A stretch of DNA of 64,000 nt from Candidatus Nomurabacteria bacterium (GCA_020632445.1 JACKFN010000001.1:75975-139974); one strand, 5' to 3'; shown: positions 40,803 through 51,505, numbered from the stretch's first letter. Program-made: numbers and translations. Notes: a model not told the origin generated them from the letters alone.

Positions 40803-41711
40803 TTACGTTCTCAGATATCTTCTCATCGCAAGAGTTGCAGAGAAGATCGTGAGCACCAATACGGCTGCTGTTTGGGAAGAAAGTAGGAAGAGTATATTAG
40901 AATTGTAGTAATTTGTCAAGAAGTCTGCCTGGTGCCATATAAGCCCCCAGTAAGGATCAAACCGTGACCAAATAAACATCACTAAATAACTAGTAACCGC
41001 AATAGATATTACGGTAAAGAAGATACTCTGGACAATATAAGGCCCTTTGACAAACCAGTCAGTTGCTCCCACAAGCTTTTTGATGCTAATTTCTTCTCTT
41101 TGTGTATAAATGGCCACTCGGATAGTATTGAAGATGATAATAAAAGCAATAAGCCCAAACATGATTGCAAGTGACAATGAAACCCTTTCAACACGCTCGG
41201 TGATATTGCGAATATTTTCTATAGCTGCCTGTGTGTCACCAAAAGTTTGTGCATCAATGATATCTTGATACTCTGGAATATCAATGGCAGTAATGATGTT
41301 TTCGTAATCTTCTGGATTGTTCGTCTTTACGATAAGCGTAGCGCCAAGTGGATTCTCTCCTAACTCATCAAGAGACGCCAGAATTTCATGATTTGCTGCA
41401 TGCTGGGTACGAAATTCTTCAAGTACCTGATCAGGTGTTTTAAAAGTCGTTTGTTCTACTTCAGGAAAAGACTGCACAAAACCAACGATCTCGGAAATGT
41501 GTTCGTCACTTGCTGTGTGCGAAAAATAAATACTAATGTTGATTTGATCTTCAACCATTTCGATGGCATGCTGACCCACAACCCGAAATGCAATGAGCGC
41601 ATTAACAGAAAGCAACATCAACACCAATGTCAAAATGGTCATGAATGATAAAGAAAAGTTTCGAAAAAAATCTTGTATGGCAAATTTGATGACACGGAAA
41701 AAAGAAAGCAT
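40803..41711 (-). CDS. ftsX: Cell-division ABC transporter permease FtsX
   Basis: Four-TM FtsX topology with a large extracytoplasmic loop. Immediately downstream of ftsE with stop and start adjacent. Confidence 0.8.
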   Translation of the reverse strand: MLSFFRVIKFAIQDFFRNFSLSFMTILTLVLMLLSVNALIAFRVVGQHAIEMVEDQINISIYFSHTASDEHISEIVGFVQSFPEVEQTTFKTPDQVLEEFRTQHAANHEILASLDELGENPLGATLIVKTNNPEDYENIITAIDIPEYQDIIDAQTFGDTQAAIENIRNITERVERVSLSLAIMFGLIAFIIIFNTIRVAIYTQREEISIKKLVGATDWFVKGPYIVQSIFFTVISIAVTSYLVMFIWSRFDPYWGLIWHQADFLTNYYNSNILFLLSSQTAAVLVLTIFSATLAMRRYLRT

Positions 41712-41712
41712 A

Positions 41713-42411
41713 CTAAAGTCGATATTTTCCTGACTGCTGATCAGAAACAATCTGACCACCATGAATAGTAATTACGCGCTTGCGTAGGTGATTTACTACG
41801 TCTTTATTGTGAGTAACCAGCAAGATAGTCGTACCAAAGTCATTAATCTTGCTGAGAATATCAATAATCTCCTGCGTATTGATAGCGTCCAAATTTCCTG
41901 TAGGCTCATCGGCGACAATAATTTTGGGCCTGTGTACCAGAGACCTTGCAATGACAACACGTTGCTGTTCTCCTCCAGAGAGTTGGTGTGGGTACCGACT
42001 CATCTTGTCTTGCAAACCGACGATCTCAATAACCTCCGGGACAACCTCTCGTATACGAAACGGTGACTCTCCAGCAACCTGAAGAGCAAATGCCACATTT
42101 TCGTAAACGGTTTTTTTCGCAAGAAGTTTAAAATCCTGAAAAATCACTCCGATCTGCCTACGCAGGAGCGGTACATCTCTACGAGACACTCGTGTGATAT
42201 CCCAATCACCTATTTTTACTCGACCAGAACTGGCACGTTCTTCTGCAATGAGAAGCTTTACGAGTGTGGTCTTACCACTTCCACTTTGACCGACAATAGA
42301 AACCATTTCCCCCGGTTCAATAAAAAGTGACACATCTTCCAGTGCAACACTTTTTCGGTTATATTTTTTGCTCACTGATTCGAGTGAAATCATATGGCAG
42401 TAGTATACCAC
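41713..42411 (-). CDS. ftsE: Cell-division ABC transporter ATP-binding protein FtsE
   Basis: Walker [14 protein letters not shown] signature LSGGEQQRV, Walker [14 protein letters not shown]-loop. Confidence 0.9.
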   Translation of the reverse strand: MVYYCHMISLESVSKKYNRKSVALEDVSLFIEPGEMVSIVGQSGSGKTTLVKLLIAEERASSGRVKIGDWDITRVSRRDVPLLRRQIGVIFQDFKLLAKKTVYENVAFALQVAGESPFRIREVVPEVIEIVGLQDKMSRYPHQLSGGEQQRVVIARSLVHRPKIIVADEPTGNLDAINTQEIIDILSKINDFGTTILLVTHNKDVVNHLRKRVITIHGGQIVSDQQSGKYRL

Positions 42412-42435
42412 ATTTCTTTTGCTGAAGAAACCAAT

Positions 42436-44802
42436 TTATCCCTCTTTCAAAATACGCACAACCCCATTTTCAGCATCTATCTCGATCTCATCTCCATCAC
42501 GCAAGATTTGCGTAGCATGCTTGGTGCCAACGACGCATGGCTTACGCAATTCGCGAGCTACGATAGCCGCGTGAGAAGTGACTCCCCCAACATCCGTGAC
42601 AAATCCAATAGCCCGAATCATAGCGGGCAGTAGTTGTGGGCTCGTTGCCGTTGATACGAGTATGTCACCTTCTTTTACCTTTTCATTATGTTGGGGTCCA
42701 AAAACCAGCCTTACTTTTCCCCTCACCAATCCCTGATAAGCGGTTTGTCCTCTGAGCGTTTGCTGATCCTCAAGTTCTACGCGCTGTAAAGTCTTTCCCA
42801 AGAATGCCGCGACTTGTTGACCGTAGATTACCTTATAGTGTCCATCTTCACTCTGGGGTACAAGTAAGCAATGTTTGTGTCGACTTTCAAGATCTTCTGG
42901 CAGTGATTTCTTGTCACTAGCGATCTCTAAAATTTCATGAGCAGACATAACCCCGATCAAATACGCCTGACTTCCCCAGAGCTGCGCAAGTCTTTTTGCG
43001 ATAAGGTTTACGACTACGTTGAGATTTTGTCTTGAATCAGCGCGCAAAGATTTTATAAAAACAATGTCTTGTGATACTTCAAAGTACCGCCGTTCCTGAT
43101 CAGTGAGCTGAAGTTCATCCATCAATTCAGCGGCGCTTGCAGTGATATCACGGTCGTCTTGATTCAATGCATGCTTTTTTGTTTCTCGAAGCTGCAAAGT
43201 GGTAAGACCTTCTCCAATATACCCCTGATCGAGCCAAAAGTACTGGTCACAAAGCTCTTCGTCAGAAAGGCCACTTTTTACAATATCCATTCTCGCCTTT
43301 TCTGTCAGACTCGGTTCGGTCGGACTTCCCAGCACGTGCGAGTACCAATGTGTTGGATGTACAAGGTTTTTTCTTTCATTTATCACATCCATAAGCTTTT
43401 GTGAGATCAGCCCGGTGATGTCTGCCCATGCCACAATGGTACCATACGCAACACAGTCAGCTTGTAGCCTACGGATATGTTGCAGTAGATCTGCGAGTTG
43501 GTGCTGATCATACGTATCGATCTGCTTGCGGTGTTCCTCGGCGCACTGTCGCATGGCACTGCAACTCTCGATGGTGTTTTGCCTCAGTGAATTGAGCAGC
43601 TCTGGTCTTTCGAGTAATGCACTTGCCGCAATCTTTACAAATTTTTCTATAGGCGCAGCAAGCACATAGGTATTGAGCGTCGAACCCTGAATCATCTCTT
43701 CAAACATCCGTGGCACAGGGATACCAATTTGCTGCTCAATCATAGGATCTTTCATCCCACACCATGTCATCTCCAAAGTCAAAAACGAACAATCAACATC
43801 CTGATTTCCAAGCATAAATGCATGGCACCAATTTTTTGGTATGCCAAGTGAGTCCTCATCGACTGGTCTAAGAGTAGTAATCGGACGACTTTGCACAATA
43901 AAAAAAGAACCATTTTCATATGCCCACTCAATGTCGCAGGGAAAGCCATAATGTTCTTCAATACGCACGACGATTTCTGAAAGAACAAGGATAGCCTCTT
44001 TAGAAAGGACTTGCTTTTCTCCAAAAGAAATATCTAGCCATTCACTGTCTCCGCCTTCCTTGCGATAAAGGCCCCTGCTCTGAGACTTCACATCGATACT
44101 CAAAATGCGCAAAGGATTTTTCTGTATAACGTATCCATCTGGGGTAATTTGACCAGACACTATTGCTTCTCCCAAACCAAAACCAGCCTCTATAATAATT
44201 TCATTTTCATTCTGCGTTACCGGGTGAACTGAAAAAGCAACTCCAGACTTTTCGCTATTGACCATCTTTTGAATTACCACAGCTACGGATATACTTTGGC
44301 CATTTAAATTATGTTGAAAACGATAGGAAATGGCCCGTGGGCTAAACAAGGATGCCCAGCACTTTTTTACATTTTCCAAAACTGACTCCTCTGTAGTGTT
44401 CAGATAACTTTCAAGTTGCCCCGCCCATGCCGCAGCCGAAGAATCTTCTGCAGTAGCAGAAGAACGCACTGCCACATACTGCGCATCCAGAGCCCGAAAC
44501 GCTTCCATGATGGCTTGCTGCAATTCACTTGACATTTCGTGATCCAAAATGAGCTGCTGAATTTTCTGTGATGCTTGCAGCACTTCCTTTTCATCTGGAT
44601 TATCGCCTAGTGCAAGATGTTTTTCGATCTGATCTGATAAACCACCATCAACAAGAAAAGCTTCAAACGCACTTGTCAAAACCACAAAGCCGTCTGGAAC
44701 CGGAATACCTGACTGAATCATTTCTCCCAGTGAGGCCCCTTTACCACCCCCCACAGAAACATCATTCTTATTAAGCTGTAAAAATTTTTTGATATATGTC
44801 AT
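42436..44802 (-). CDS. PEP synthase / rifampicin-phosphotransferase-like PEP-utilising enzyme (N-terminal ATP-grasp PPDK_N-like domain, C-terminal phospho-His swivel domain)
   Basis: N-terminal GGKGASLGEM (PPDK_N). C-terminal TDVGGVTSHAAIVARELRKPCVVGT swivel domain at the extreme C-terminus. No TIM-barrel PEP-binding domain follows. Confidence 0.7.
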   Translation of the reverse strand: MTYIKKFLQLNKNDVSVGGGKGASLGEMIQSGIPVPDGFVVLTSAFEAFLVDGGLSDQIEKHLALGDNPDEKEVLQASQKIQQLILDHEMSSELQQAIMEAFRALDAQYVAVRSSATAEDSSAAAWAGQLESYLNTTEESVLENVKKCWASLFSPRAISYRFQHNLNGQSISVAVVIQKMVNSEKSGVAFSVHPVTQNENEIIIEAGFGLGEAIVSGQITPDGYVIQKNPLRILSIDVKSQSRGLYRKEGGDSEWLDISFGEKQVLSKEAILVLSEIVVRIEEHYGFPCDIEWAYENGSFFIVQSRPITTLRPVDEDSLGIPKNWCHAFMLGNQDVDCSFLTLEMTWCGMKDPMIEQQIGIPVPRMFEEMIQGSTLNTYVLAAPIEKFVKIAASALLERPELLNSLRQNTIESCSAMRQCAEEHRKQIDTYDQHQLADLLQHIRRLQADCVAYGTIVAWADITGLISQKLMDVINERKNLVHPTHWYSHVLGSPTEPSLTEKARMDIVKSGLSDEELCDQYFWLDQGYIGEGLTTLQLRETKKHALNQDDRDITASAAELMDELQLTDQERRYFEVSQDIVFIKSLRADSRQNLNVVVNLIAKRLAQLWGSQAYLIGVMSAHEILEIASDKKSLPEDLESRHKHCLLVPQSEDGHYKVIYGQQVAAFLGKTLQRVELEDQQTLRGQTAYQGLVRGKVRLVFGPQHNEKVKEGDILVSTATSPQLLPAMIRAIGFVTDVGGVTSHAAIVARELRKPCVVGTKHATQILRDGDEIEIDAENGVVRILKEG

Positions 44803-44882
44803 AGGTTTTTCTTTCTCGTATAATAACAGTATGCAGAAATTTTTCCAAATAAAATACTGCCAAAGGCAGCGTTCTATATACT

Positions 44883-44958
44883 TGGAGCCGATAGTCGGAT
44901 TTGAACCGACGACCTCTTCCTTACGAAGGAATTGCTCTACCAGCTGAGCTATATCGGC
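44883..44958 (-). tRNA. tRNA-Thr (anticodon CGU), CCA encoded
   Basis: Minus-strand GCCGATA-TA-GCTCAGCTGGTAGAGC-A-ATTCC-TTCGTAA-GGAAG-AGGTC-GTCGGTTCAAATCCGAC-TATCGGC-T-CCA. Confidence 0.85.
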
Positions 44959-45024
44959 GTAACCTCCCTATTTAACCAAAAAACGCAGGCTTTTTCAACC
45001 TGCGTTTTTGAAGTTATCCTCAGC

Positions 45025-46290
45025 TTACTGGTCCATCGGCTCCAAATCGACTCCTACTGGAGTAAACTCTGGCTCTGGGTACATCTCTGCAACTAAGTCA
45101 GTGGTGTATCCATCTTCAGTAACCATAGCATCAATCTCTTCTCTTCTATCCATGGCAAGCAAAATGTCGTTTTTGATTCTCTCAAACGGATTGCTTTCAC
45201 TGACGCTTACGCGAACACGCGCATCTAGAAGGACATTATCCAGATAGTATTTGAAATCAGGCACGCGACGACGATCATCAACACGGACAATATGATATCC
45301 AAAGTCAGATTCTACCAGTCCATCATGGAGCTCCCCTACCTTGGTTGAAAATACCGCATCCTCGAATGGAGCCACCATGACTCCTGGTCCAAACCAGTCA
45401 AGGTCACCACCAATATCTTTGGTTCCATCTTCTCCAAACTGCTCTGCCATCGCAGCAAAATCCTCTCCGTCACGAATTCTTTGCAAAACTCCCTCTGCCT
45501 TTTCGCGAATAGCTGTTCTTTCCTCTTCAGTTGCTTCAGGATCTACCTTAAACAAAATATGTCTTGCTCTTCTTTCTTCACGGGTATAGGTCTGTGCCTG
45601 CTCTGACTCACCGGTCATAAAAGCCTCGACGATTTTTTGTTCAAGGATGCCAGGTCTGAGTACTCGATCAACATACTGATCAAACGTCCAACCGTAAAGT
45701 TCTTCAAGTTCAGTATTTGCCGCTTCGATACCACCAACCTGTGCAAGCGCTGCTTCCTTTTGAGTGTTTAACTCCTCCTCCGTTACGGAAACATCAAAGA
45801 CATCAGCCAAAGAATGGATCTTTCTATTCACCAGTTGCTGTGACAAAATAATATCTCGGATAGTGTCGTCATCTGCACTTCCATACTGCATAGCAAATGC
45901 ATCTGGGTTCCCCTGCGCTAATTTCTTCAACCCATTAAAATGCGCCAAATACTCGTCATAAGGGAACACCTCGTTATCTATGGCGGCGGCAGAGATGCCA
46001 AACAATTTTGTCGTCTGAATAACGAAAGGAGTTTGAGAACCCTGTCTTACCTGTGACTTCAAAAACATGCCAAGTCCGATAAGTACGAAGATAATGACAA
46101 TGATAAATCCAATTACCAGCATTTTTACTGGTGATTTACTCTTTGTTGGCTTAGCAGCAGCCATATCTTTTGGCTCATTCATTTTTTCGCCAAGATCCTT
46201 GCCTGCATGTGCCTGTGCTTTTTCCACCGGCTTTACCTCTTGTGCAGAATCTGCTTTTTTCTGCTTCTCCTCGCTTTTGTGTTCACTCAT
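45025..46290 (-). CDS. Membrane-anchored parvulin-type peptidyl-prolyl cis-trans isomerase (PrsA/SurA-like)
   Basis: PpiC/rotamase core ARHILFKV...GGDLDWFGPGVMVAPFEDAVF...FGYHIVRV. N-terminal TM anchor and long chaperone-like region. Confidence 0.75.
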   Translation of the reverse strand: MSEHKSEEKQKKADSAQEVKPVEKAQAHAGKDLGEKMNEPKDMAAAKPTKSKSPVKMLVIGFIIVIIFVLIGLGMFLKSQVRQGSQTPFVIQTTKLFGISAAAIDNEVFPYDEYLAHFNGLKKLAQGNPDAFAMQYGSADDDTIRDIILSQQLVNRKIHSLADVFDVSVTEEELNTQKEAALAQVGGIEAANTELEELYGWTFDQYVDRVLRPGILEQKIVEAFMTGESEQAQTYTREERRARHILFKVDPEATEEERTAIREKAEGVLQRIRDGEDFAAMAEQFGEDGTKDIGGDLDWFGPGVMVAPFEDAVFSTKVGELHDGLVESDFGYHIVRVDDRRRVPDFKYYLDNVLLDARVRVSVSESNPFERIKNDILLAMDRREEIDAMVTEDGYTTDLVAEMYPEPEFTPVGVDLEPMDQ

Positions 46291-46307
46291 AAAACGTGAT
46301 ACTAGAA

Positions 46308-46691
46308 TTATTTATGAAAAAAATATCGAAACCATTTTTTGGGATTGGAAAGCTTGTCATCTTTTATTTCTACCTGCTGTCCAACTTCTTTGTAATCGGT
46401 CATAAACGCTACACGCTCGCCTGGCTTTTTCATATTCATCTCGCTACGAGCCTTCTCCTCTACAAATTCATCACTCATGACATACTTGAGTATCTCAAGT
46501 GACTCGAGTTTTTTTTGCTCCATGCTCTCAATTTCCTGCTCGATACGAGTAATCTCCTTCTTGACCAAGTAATTCTTGTAGTAAGCGCGAGTATACCCAA
46601 TTGCCAAGAAAAGTGCAATAGCTAGTAAAACAAAAAGCGCAGACTTTGACTGAAAAAGTTTTGATGACATAAGTTTATTCCGCCTGCTCAT
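46308..46691 (-). CDS. ftsB: Septum formation initiator (FtsB/DivIC family)
   Basis: Single TM followed by a coiled coil (EITRIEQEIESMEQKKLESLEIL) and ~127 aa, typical of FtsB/DivIC. Confidence 0.6.
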   Translation of the reverse strand: MSRRNKLMSSKLFQSKSALFVLLAIALFLAIGYTRAYYKNYLVKKEITRIEQEIESMEQKKLESLEILKYVMSDEFVEEKARSEMNMKKPGERVAFMTDYKEVGQQVEIKDDKLSNPKKWFRYFFHK

Positions 46692-48072
46692 AGGTTTCTA
46701 TTGCGCCGCGAGCAATGTCACGATCGTCCCACGGAATGAGTGTACCCTTAACGACCATCGCCTGCTCCGACCCCTTTCCGGTGATGAGCACTACATCACC
46801 TGCTTTTGCCATATGGATAGCTTTGGTGATAGCCATCTTTCTATCCAGGACAGAAAACAAGTCCTTATCTAATGTTTTGCCGCCCTCCTGGCATGCCGAC
46901 ACCACGTCGTCAATGATGGCTTGCGGATCGTCGTCGTACGGGTCCTCGTCAGTGATTATACAAATGTCCGCGTGCTTTGCGACAAATTTTCCTACCGTAA
47001 ACCTTCTTTCAATATCTCTTCCCCCACCGGTAGACCCAAAAACATGTATCACCCTCTTTGGTCCCATGAGCTCAACAACTTTGTACAAAGCCTCTATAGC
47101 GATAGGTTCAAATGCATAGTCAACAATTACTTGAAAACCATAATCACTTGCCTGAGAAATAAGCTCTATTCTTCCCGGCACACCTCGAAATGCCTGCACA
47201 CTTTTTTGTATTTTTTCATAAGACACTCCGAGCGCTCGCGCAATACTTATAGCAGACAAGATGTTCATTACATTATACTCTCCATACATATGTGCTTTCA
47301 TTTCATACCCATCAACTTGAAAAGCTATTCCCTCTGGCGCGATGGAAATGTCATCGGCCCCAACCACAAGATCAAAATCAATGGTTTGAATTTCCTTTTC
47401 TTTGTCGAGGCGAAGAAAAACACCCTTTTCGTCAAAGGAAAACTGCAAAAAATCAGAAGCATGTTCGCTGTTTCCGTTTGCAATGCCAATCTTTGGAATG
47501 ATATCTTTCCAATGAGGATGCTTGAATGCAAGAGTCTTGGCGGCTTTACGCTTGCCGTTTGCAATGTAGCGAAAAATATCCAGCTTTGCTTTTTTATAGT
47601 TTTCAAAGCTTCCATGATGCTCGATATGCTCTGGATACAAATTGGTATAGAGAACAATATCATAGTTGATAAAACGGTGGCGATGCTGTAATACTCCCTC
47701 AGAAGTTGTCTCAACAATAGCAATCTGGCACCCCTTATCAACCATCTCACGCAGATACTTTTGTATCTGCGCTCTTCCGAGCATGGTCATCTTTTGGTCA
47801 TTTAACTTATTTTCTCCTGCAATAGAAAAGTCTATGGTAGAAAGTGAACCAACCACAAATCCAGAACTCTCAAGAAGCTGACGCAAAAGTGCTACGGTAC
47901 TTGACTTTCCACTCGTCCCAGTAATACCAACGACCAAAAGTTCTTCGGAAGGTTTACCATACTTACGGGCACCCAACCAACCATAAAAAAAGTGCTGGAT
48001 ATTCCAAATCGGTTCAGGAAGAATTTTTTTTAAAAATTTTTTGACTTTTTGTATCATAATACTGGAGAACAA
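46675..48072 (-). CDS. Mur ligase family protein (MurE/MurF-like UDP-N-acetylmuramoyl-peptide ligase)
   Basis: P-loop VVGITGTSGKSST. Mur-ligase middle and C-terminal domain pattern (DYAFEP in place of DYAHNP). Cannot decide between MurE and MurF from the sequence alone. Confidence 0.7.
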   Translation of the reverse strand: MFSSIMIQKVKKFLKKILPEPIWNIQHFFYGWLGARKYGKPSEELLVVGITGTSGKSSTVALLRQLLESSGFVVGSLSTIDFSIAGENKLNDQKMTMLGRAQIQKYLREMVDKGCQIAIVETTSEGVLQHRHRFINYDIVLYTNLYPEHIEHHGSFENYKKAKLDIFRYIANGKRKAAKTLAFKHPHWKDIIPKIGIANGNSEHASDFLQFSFDEKGVFLRLDKEKEIQTIDFDLVVGADDISIAPEGIAFQVDGYEMKAHMYGEYNVMNILSAISIARALGVSYEKIQKSVQAFRGVPGRIELISQASDYGFQVIVDYAFEPIAIEALYKVVELMGPKRVIHVFGSTGGGRDIERRFTVGKFVAKHADICIITDEDPYDDDPQAIIDDVVSACQEGGKTLDKDLFSVLDRKMAITKAIHMAKAGDVVLITGKGSEQAMVVKGTLIPWDDRDIARGAIETYEQAE

Positions 48073-48167
48073 GACGTTCTCTAGAGATTAGTATACCGCG
48101 GGCACTAAGAATGTGCAAGATTAGACATTTTTGAATTCTGACGACTCGTCCAATGATCCCTACAATG

Positions 48168-48746
48168 TTACTTTTCTCCTCTTAAGGATAACTCATACGC
48201 AACAATCTCAAGTTTGTGCATAGCACCTCGAGCCTGGTCGGCCTTTGTTCGAAGGTATTTGGTAAAATCAAACTCCGTAATCTCACCGATGATAGCTTGT
48301 GCCTGCTCAACACATCGCTTCACAGTTTCATGATCTTTATCCGTCGCAGCCTTGATAGAAAACCGATACAGTTCACCAGGTAAATCACACAAACCTGCCA
48401 AAAAAACATCGTCCGCCACCTGCAATGTTTTTGGCTTTGAAAGTTTTTGACCGTTTGCAAATTGATAAAATAATATTGATTCAACAATCTCTTCTACAGC
48501 CGCTTGGTAAGAACCTTCGTTGTGGATCTGCGGGTACTTTTTGTACTTTTTGTGAAGCTCCAGAATATACTTTTCTGCTTCCATGATTTTTGCTTTTGCT
48601 TCCCCCATATTTCCACGATGAGTTTCAAAAATCGCACGTTTGGCGTGGTGAAGCGCATCTCCAGCATGCTTGATCACATCACGACGAACAAGTGCATAGG
48701 TATGAAATTCTTTTCGTACTTTTTTGAAGTAATTTTTATCTATCAT
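48168..48746 (-). CDS. Hypothetical all-helical cytoplasmic protein (translin-like length and composition; uncertain)
   Basis: 192-aa ORF overlapping the start of the P-type ATPase gene by 4 nt. No diagnostic motif recognised. Confidence 0.4.
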   Translation of the reverse strand: MIDKNYFKKVRKEFHTYALVRRDVIKHAGDALHHAKRAIFETHRGNMGEAKAKIMEAEKYILELHKKYKKYPQIHNEGSYQAAVEEIVESILFYQFANGQKLSKPKTLQVADDVFLAGLCDLPGELYRFSIKAATDKDHETVKRCVEQAQAIIGEITEFDFTKYLRTKADQARGAMHKLEIVAYELSLRGEK

Positions 48747-51355
48747 ATCTGTTGTCTTCTTTGCTTGGTTAAATAAAGCATTTTAATAAATTCAATAACA
48801 ATGATATTTACCACTCCCATAAAACACAAAATAATCCAATCTTGCAGAGAAAGCGGCACCAGGTGCAGCAAATTAGCAACATGCGGAATATATATTGCCG
48901 CGAGCAGAAGACCAAAACTGACAATTCTGGCAATATTGAGGTACATATTATCGAGGTGAAAAACCTCCCAAACGTAGTAACGCATGCTTCTGATGGAAAA
49001 TATATAGAAGAATGAAAGTGCCCCGAGTCCTGCAAACACCATGGTTCTCGCATAAGCAATTTCAAAACCAACATGAGTAAGATACGCAAACAAAGCAAAT
49101 AGCAATCCAGAAGAAAAAATTGTTACGGCTATGGCCATCGCCTTCATCTCTGAATCAAATATATTTGTGTCTTTTTTTCGAGGTGGATCAGTCATGTTTT
49201 CCTTGTCGCCCTTATCAAACGCAAGTGCCATGGTTGGAAACGTCTCCTGTATGATGTTGGTCCAAAGTATTTGTGCTGGCAAGAGTGCAAGCGGCAGACC
49301 AGATACAATGCTTGCTATGATAAGCAAAACTTCAGTAAAACTCCCACTAAGCAAGTATAATATTACCTTCTTGAGATTTTGGTAAATTCTTCGCCCCTCC
49401 GACACCGCAGCCACAATGGTAGAAAAACTGTCATCAAGCAAAACCATGTCAGCAGTTTCCTTAGCAACATCTGTACCTGAACCTACCGCAACACCTATAT
49501 CGGCACCTTTAAGCGCAGGGGCGTCGTTGACACCATCACCGGTCATCGCCACTACTTCACCTGTTTTTTGTAGTGCTTGTACAATGCGTACTTTATGCCT
49601 TGGCTCAACTCTGGCAAAAACATGGAAATTTCCAATTTTCTCCTCTAACTCTTGGTCTGACATAGCATCGAGCTGCTTACCTTCACAAATGTTCACGGCT
49701 TGATGCTCTATCCCAAGCTGCTGCGCAATATGGACAGCCGTACGCATATGATCTCCTGTTATCATAATAACCCTTATCCCCGCATTCTGAGCAGTCGCAA
49801 GTGTGCTTTTCACGTCGCTACGAAGCGGATCTTCAATAACTGCCAAACCGATGCACTCGCACTCTTTTACATCATCTTCAATGCGTGATGAGCCGGTAGC
49901 TTTCTTTGCAAATGCCAAAATGCGATATCCTTGTTGTGCATATTTTTGAGCAGCGTCAAATAAAACTTTGGTTCTCTCGTTTTGTATACATCGCTCCATC
50001 ACTCTCTCTGGAGCACCTTTAAGATACAGCATGTTTTCTTTTTCCCCCTTTATAAGGGTAAACATACATTTCTTCGCACTTGAAAATGGTACCTCATCAA
50101 GACGGAGTGACGACTTTCGCAGTGCCTCAACGTCAACTCCACGTATCTGCGCTGCATGAATAAGAGCAATTTCTGTCGTGTCTCCAACAAAACGCCAGTC
50201 AGTCTCATCGGCTCTAGGGTTTTCCAAGCTTGCATTACTGCAAAGAATTCCGGCATTAATAATATCGGTATCTTGATCGATAGTTTTTCCTGTTTCATCA
50301 ATATAATAAGCAACACGCATTTTTGCCTGTGTGAGGGTGCCTGTTTTATCTGTACAAATAACGCTCACACTCCCAAGTGTTTCCGCCGCCAATAAACGTC
50401 GCACGAGGGCTTTACGTTTGAGGATTCTTTGCATTCCTATTGCCAAAATAACAGTAAGGGAAATGGCTAACCCTTCTGGAATGGCTGCCACCGCGATAGC
50501 GATTGCTGTTTCAAACAACAAAAAAATTGAATAGTTCACACTCGGCAAAAGTTGTCCAAGAACAAGGATACTTATAGCGACTCCAACCACAATTATTCCA
50601 ATAGTTTTGCTCAGGCGCGTAAGCTGTATCTGTAATGGTGTTTGATCATCGTTGGTGGATTGTACGAGTTGTGCAATTTTTCCAAGTTCTGTGTGAACCC
50701 CTGTTGCTGTAACTACTACCTGCGCCTCCCCTGCTGTGGCTGTTGTCCCACGAAAAACCATATTGTGCATATCCCCTATACTTACTTCACCAGAAATAGC
50801 TTCTACTGTTTTTTCAGATGGTTCAGACTCTCCAGTCAAAACCGATTCATCTACAAAAAATACTTTTGAGTCAACAACTCGTCCGTCGACAGGAACCTTA
50901 TCACCCGATGAAAGAAAAAGTATATCACCTGGTACGACCAATTCGGATGGAATTGACTTTTTTACGCCATCACGCAAAACCACAGCTGTGAGTTTTACCA
51001 TTGACTGGAGCTTTTTGAGAGACTCATTCGCTTTAAATTCTTGAAAAAAACCAATGGTGATATTTAAAAAAACCGTTACAAATATAATGACAGCATCGGC
51101 GAACTCATGTAAGACAAAACTTACAACCCCAGCGGCTAAAAGAATTAAAATAAGTGGACTTTTAATCTGGTTCCACAAAAGTTGCAAAATCAAAAAACGA
51201 CTTTCCTTTTTTGGAAGTGCGTTTGCTCCATGCTGCTCGAGACTATGCTGAGCAACTCGGCTATGAAGCCCAATGGTCAATGATGACTTAAAGTGAGCTA
51301 CAATTTCATCGGTTGTCTTTTGGTAGAACTTCATGACTTGACTTTTTGTCACCAT
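48743..51355 (-). CDS. P-type cation-transporting ATPase (type IIA/IIB, Ca2+-ATPase-like)
   Basis: Phosphorylation site ICTDKTGTLT, nucleotide-binding MITGDH, hinge AMTGDGVNDAPALKGADIG. 10 TM segments; 870 aa. Confidence 0.9.
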   Translation of the reverse strand: MVTKSQVMKFYQKTTDEIVAHFKSSLTIGLHSRVAQHSLEQHGANALPKKESRFLILQLLWNQIKSPLILILLAAGVVSFVLHEFADAVIIFVTVFLNITIGFFQEFKANESLKKLQSMVKLTAVVLRDGVKKSIPSELVVPGDILFLSSGDKVPVDGRVVDSKVFFVDESVLTGESEPSEKTVEAISGEVSIGDMHNMVFRGTTATAGEAQVVVTATGVHTELGKIAQLVQSTNDDQTPLQIQLTRLSKTIGIIVVGVAISILVLGQLLPSVNYSIFLLFETAIAIAVAAIPEGLAISLTVILAIGMQRILKRKALVRRLLAAETLGSVSVICTDKTGTLTQAKMRVAYYIDETGKTIDQDTDIINAGILCSNASLENPRADETDWRFVGDTTEIALIHAAQIRGVDVEALRKSSLRLDEVPFSSAKKCMFTLIKGEKENMLYLKGAPERVMERCIQNERTKVLFDAAQKYAQQGYRILAFAKKATGSSRIEDDVKECECIGLAVIEDPLRSDVKSTLATAQNAGIRVIMITGDHMRTAVHIAQQLGIEHQAVNICEGKQLDAMSDQELEEKIGNFHVFARVEPRHKVRIVQALQKTGEVVAMTGDGVNDAPALKGADIGVAVGSGTDVAKETADMVLLDDSFSTIVAAVSEGRRIYQNLKKVILYLLSGSFTEVLLIIASIVSGLPLALLPAQILWTNIIQETFPTMALAFDKGDKENMTDPPRKKDTNIFDSEMKAMAIAVTIFSSGLLFALFAYLTHVGFEIAYARTMVFAGLGALSFFYIFSIRSMRYYVWEVFHLDNMYLNIARIVSFGLLLAAIYIPHVANLLHLVPLSLQDWIILCFMGVVNIIVIEFIKMLYLTKQRRQQI

Positions 51356-51396
51356 TAGTATATCATATTGAGGTCAAAATCAAAGTATCTGTTATG

Positions 51397-51468
51397 ACCC
51401 TGTAGCTCAGCTGGTAGAGCAGCAGCCTTTTAAGCTGACGGTCCTGGGTTCGAGCCCCAGCGGGGTCA
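51397..51468 (+). tRNA. tRNA-Lys (anticodon UUU)
   Basis: GACCCTG-TA-GCTCAGCTGGTAGAGC-A-GCAGC-CTTTTAA-GCTGA-CGGTC-CTGGGTTCGAGCCCCAG-CGGGGTC-A. Confidence 0.85.
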
Positions 51469-51474
51469 CATAAT

Positions 51475-51505
51475 AAAAAACTCCTTATTTTAGAGGAGTT
51501 TTTTT
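51475..51505 (+). terminator. Rho-independent terminator just 3' of tRNA-Lys
   Basis: AAAAAACTCCTtattttaGAGGAGTTTTTTT. It resembles the terminator at the end of each repB copy. Confidence 0.7.
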
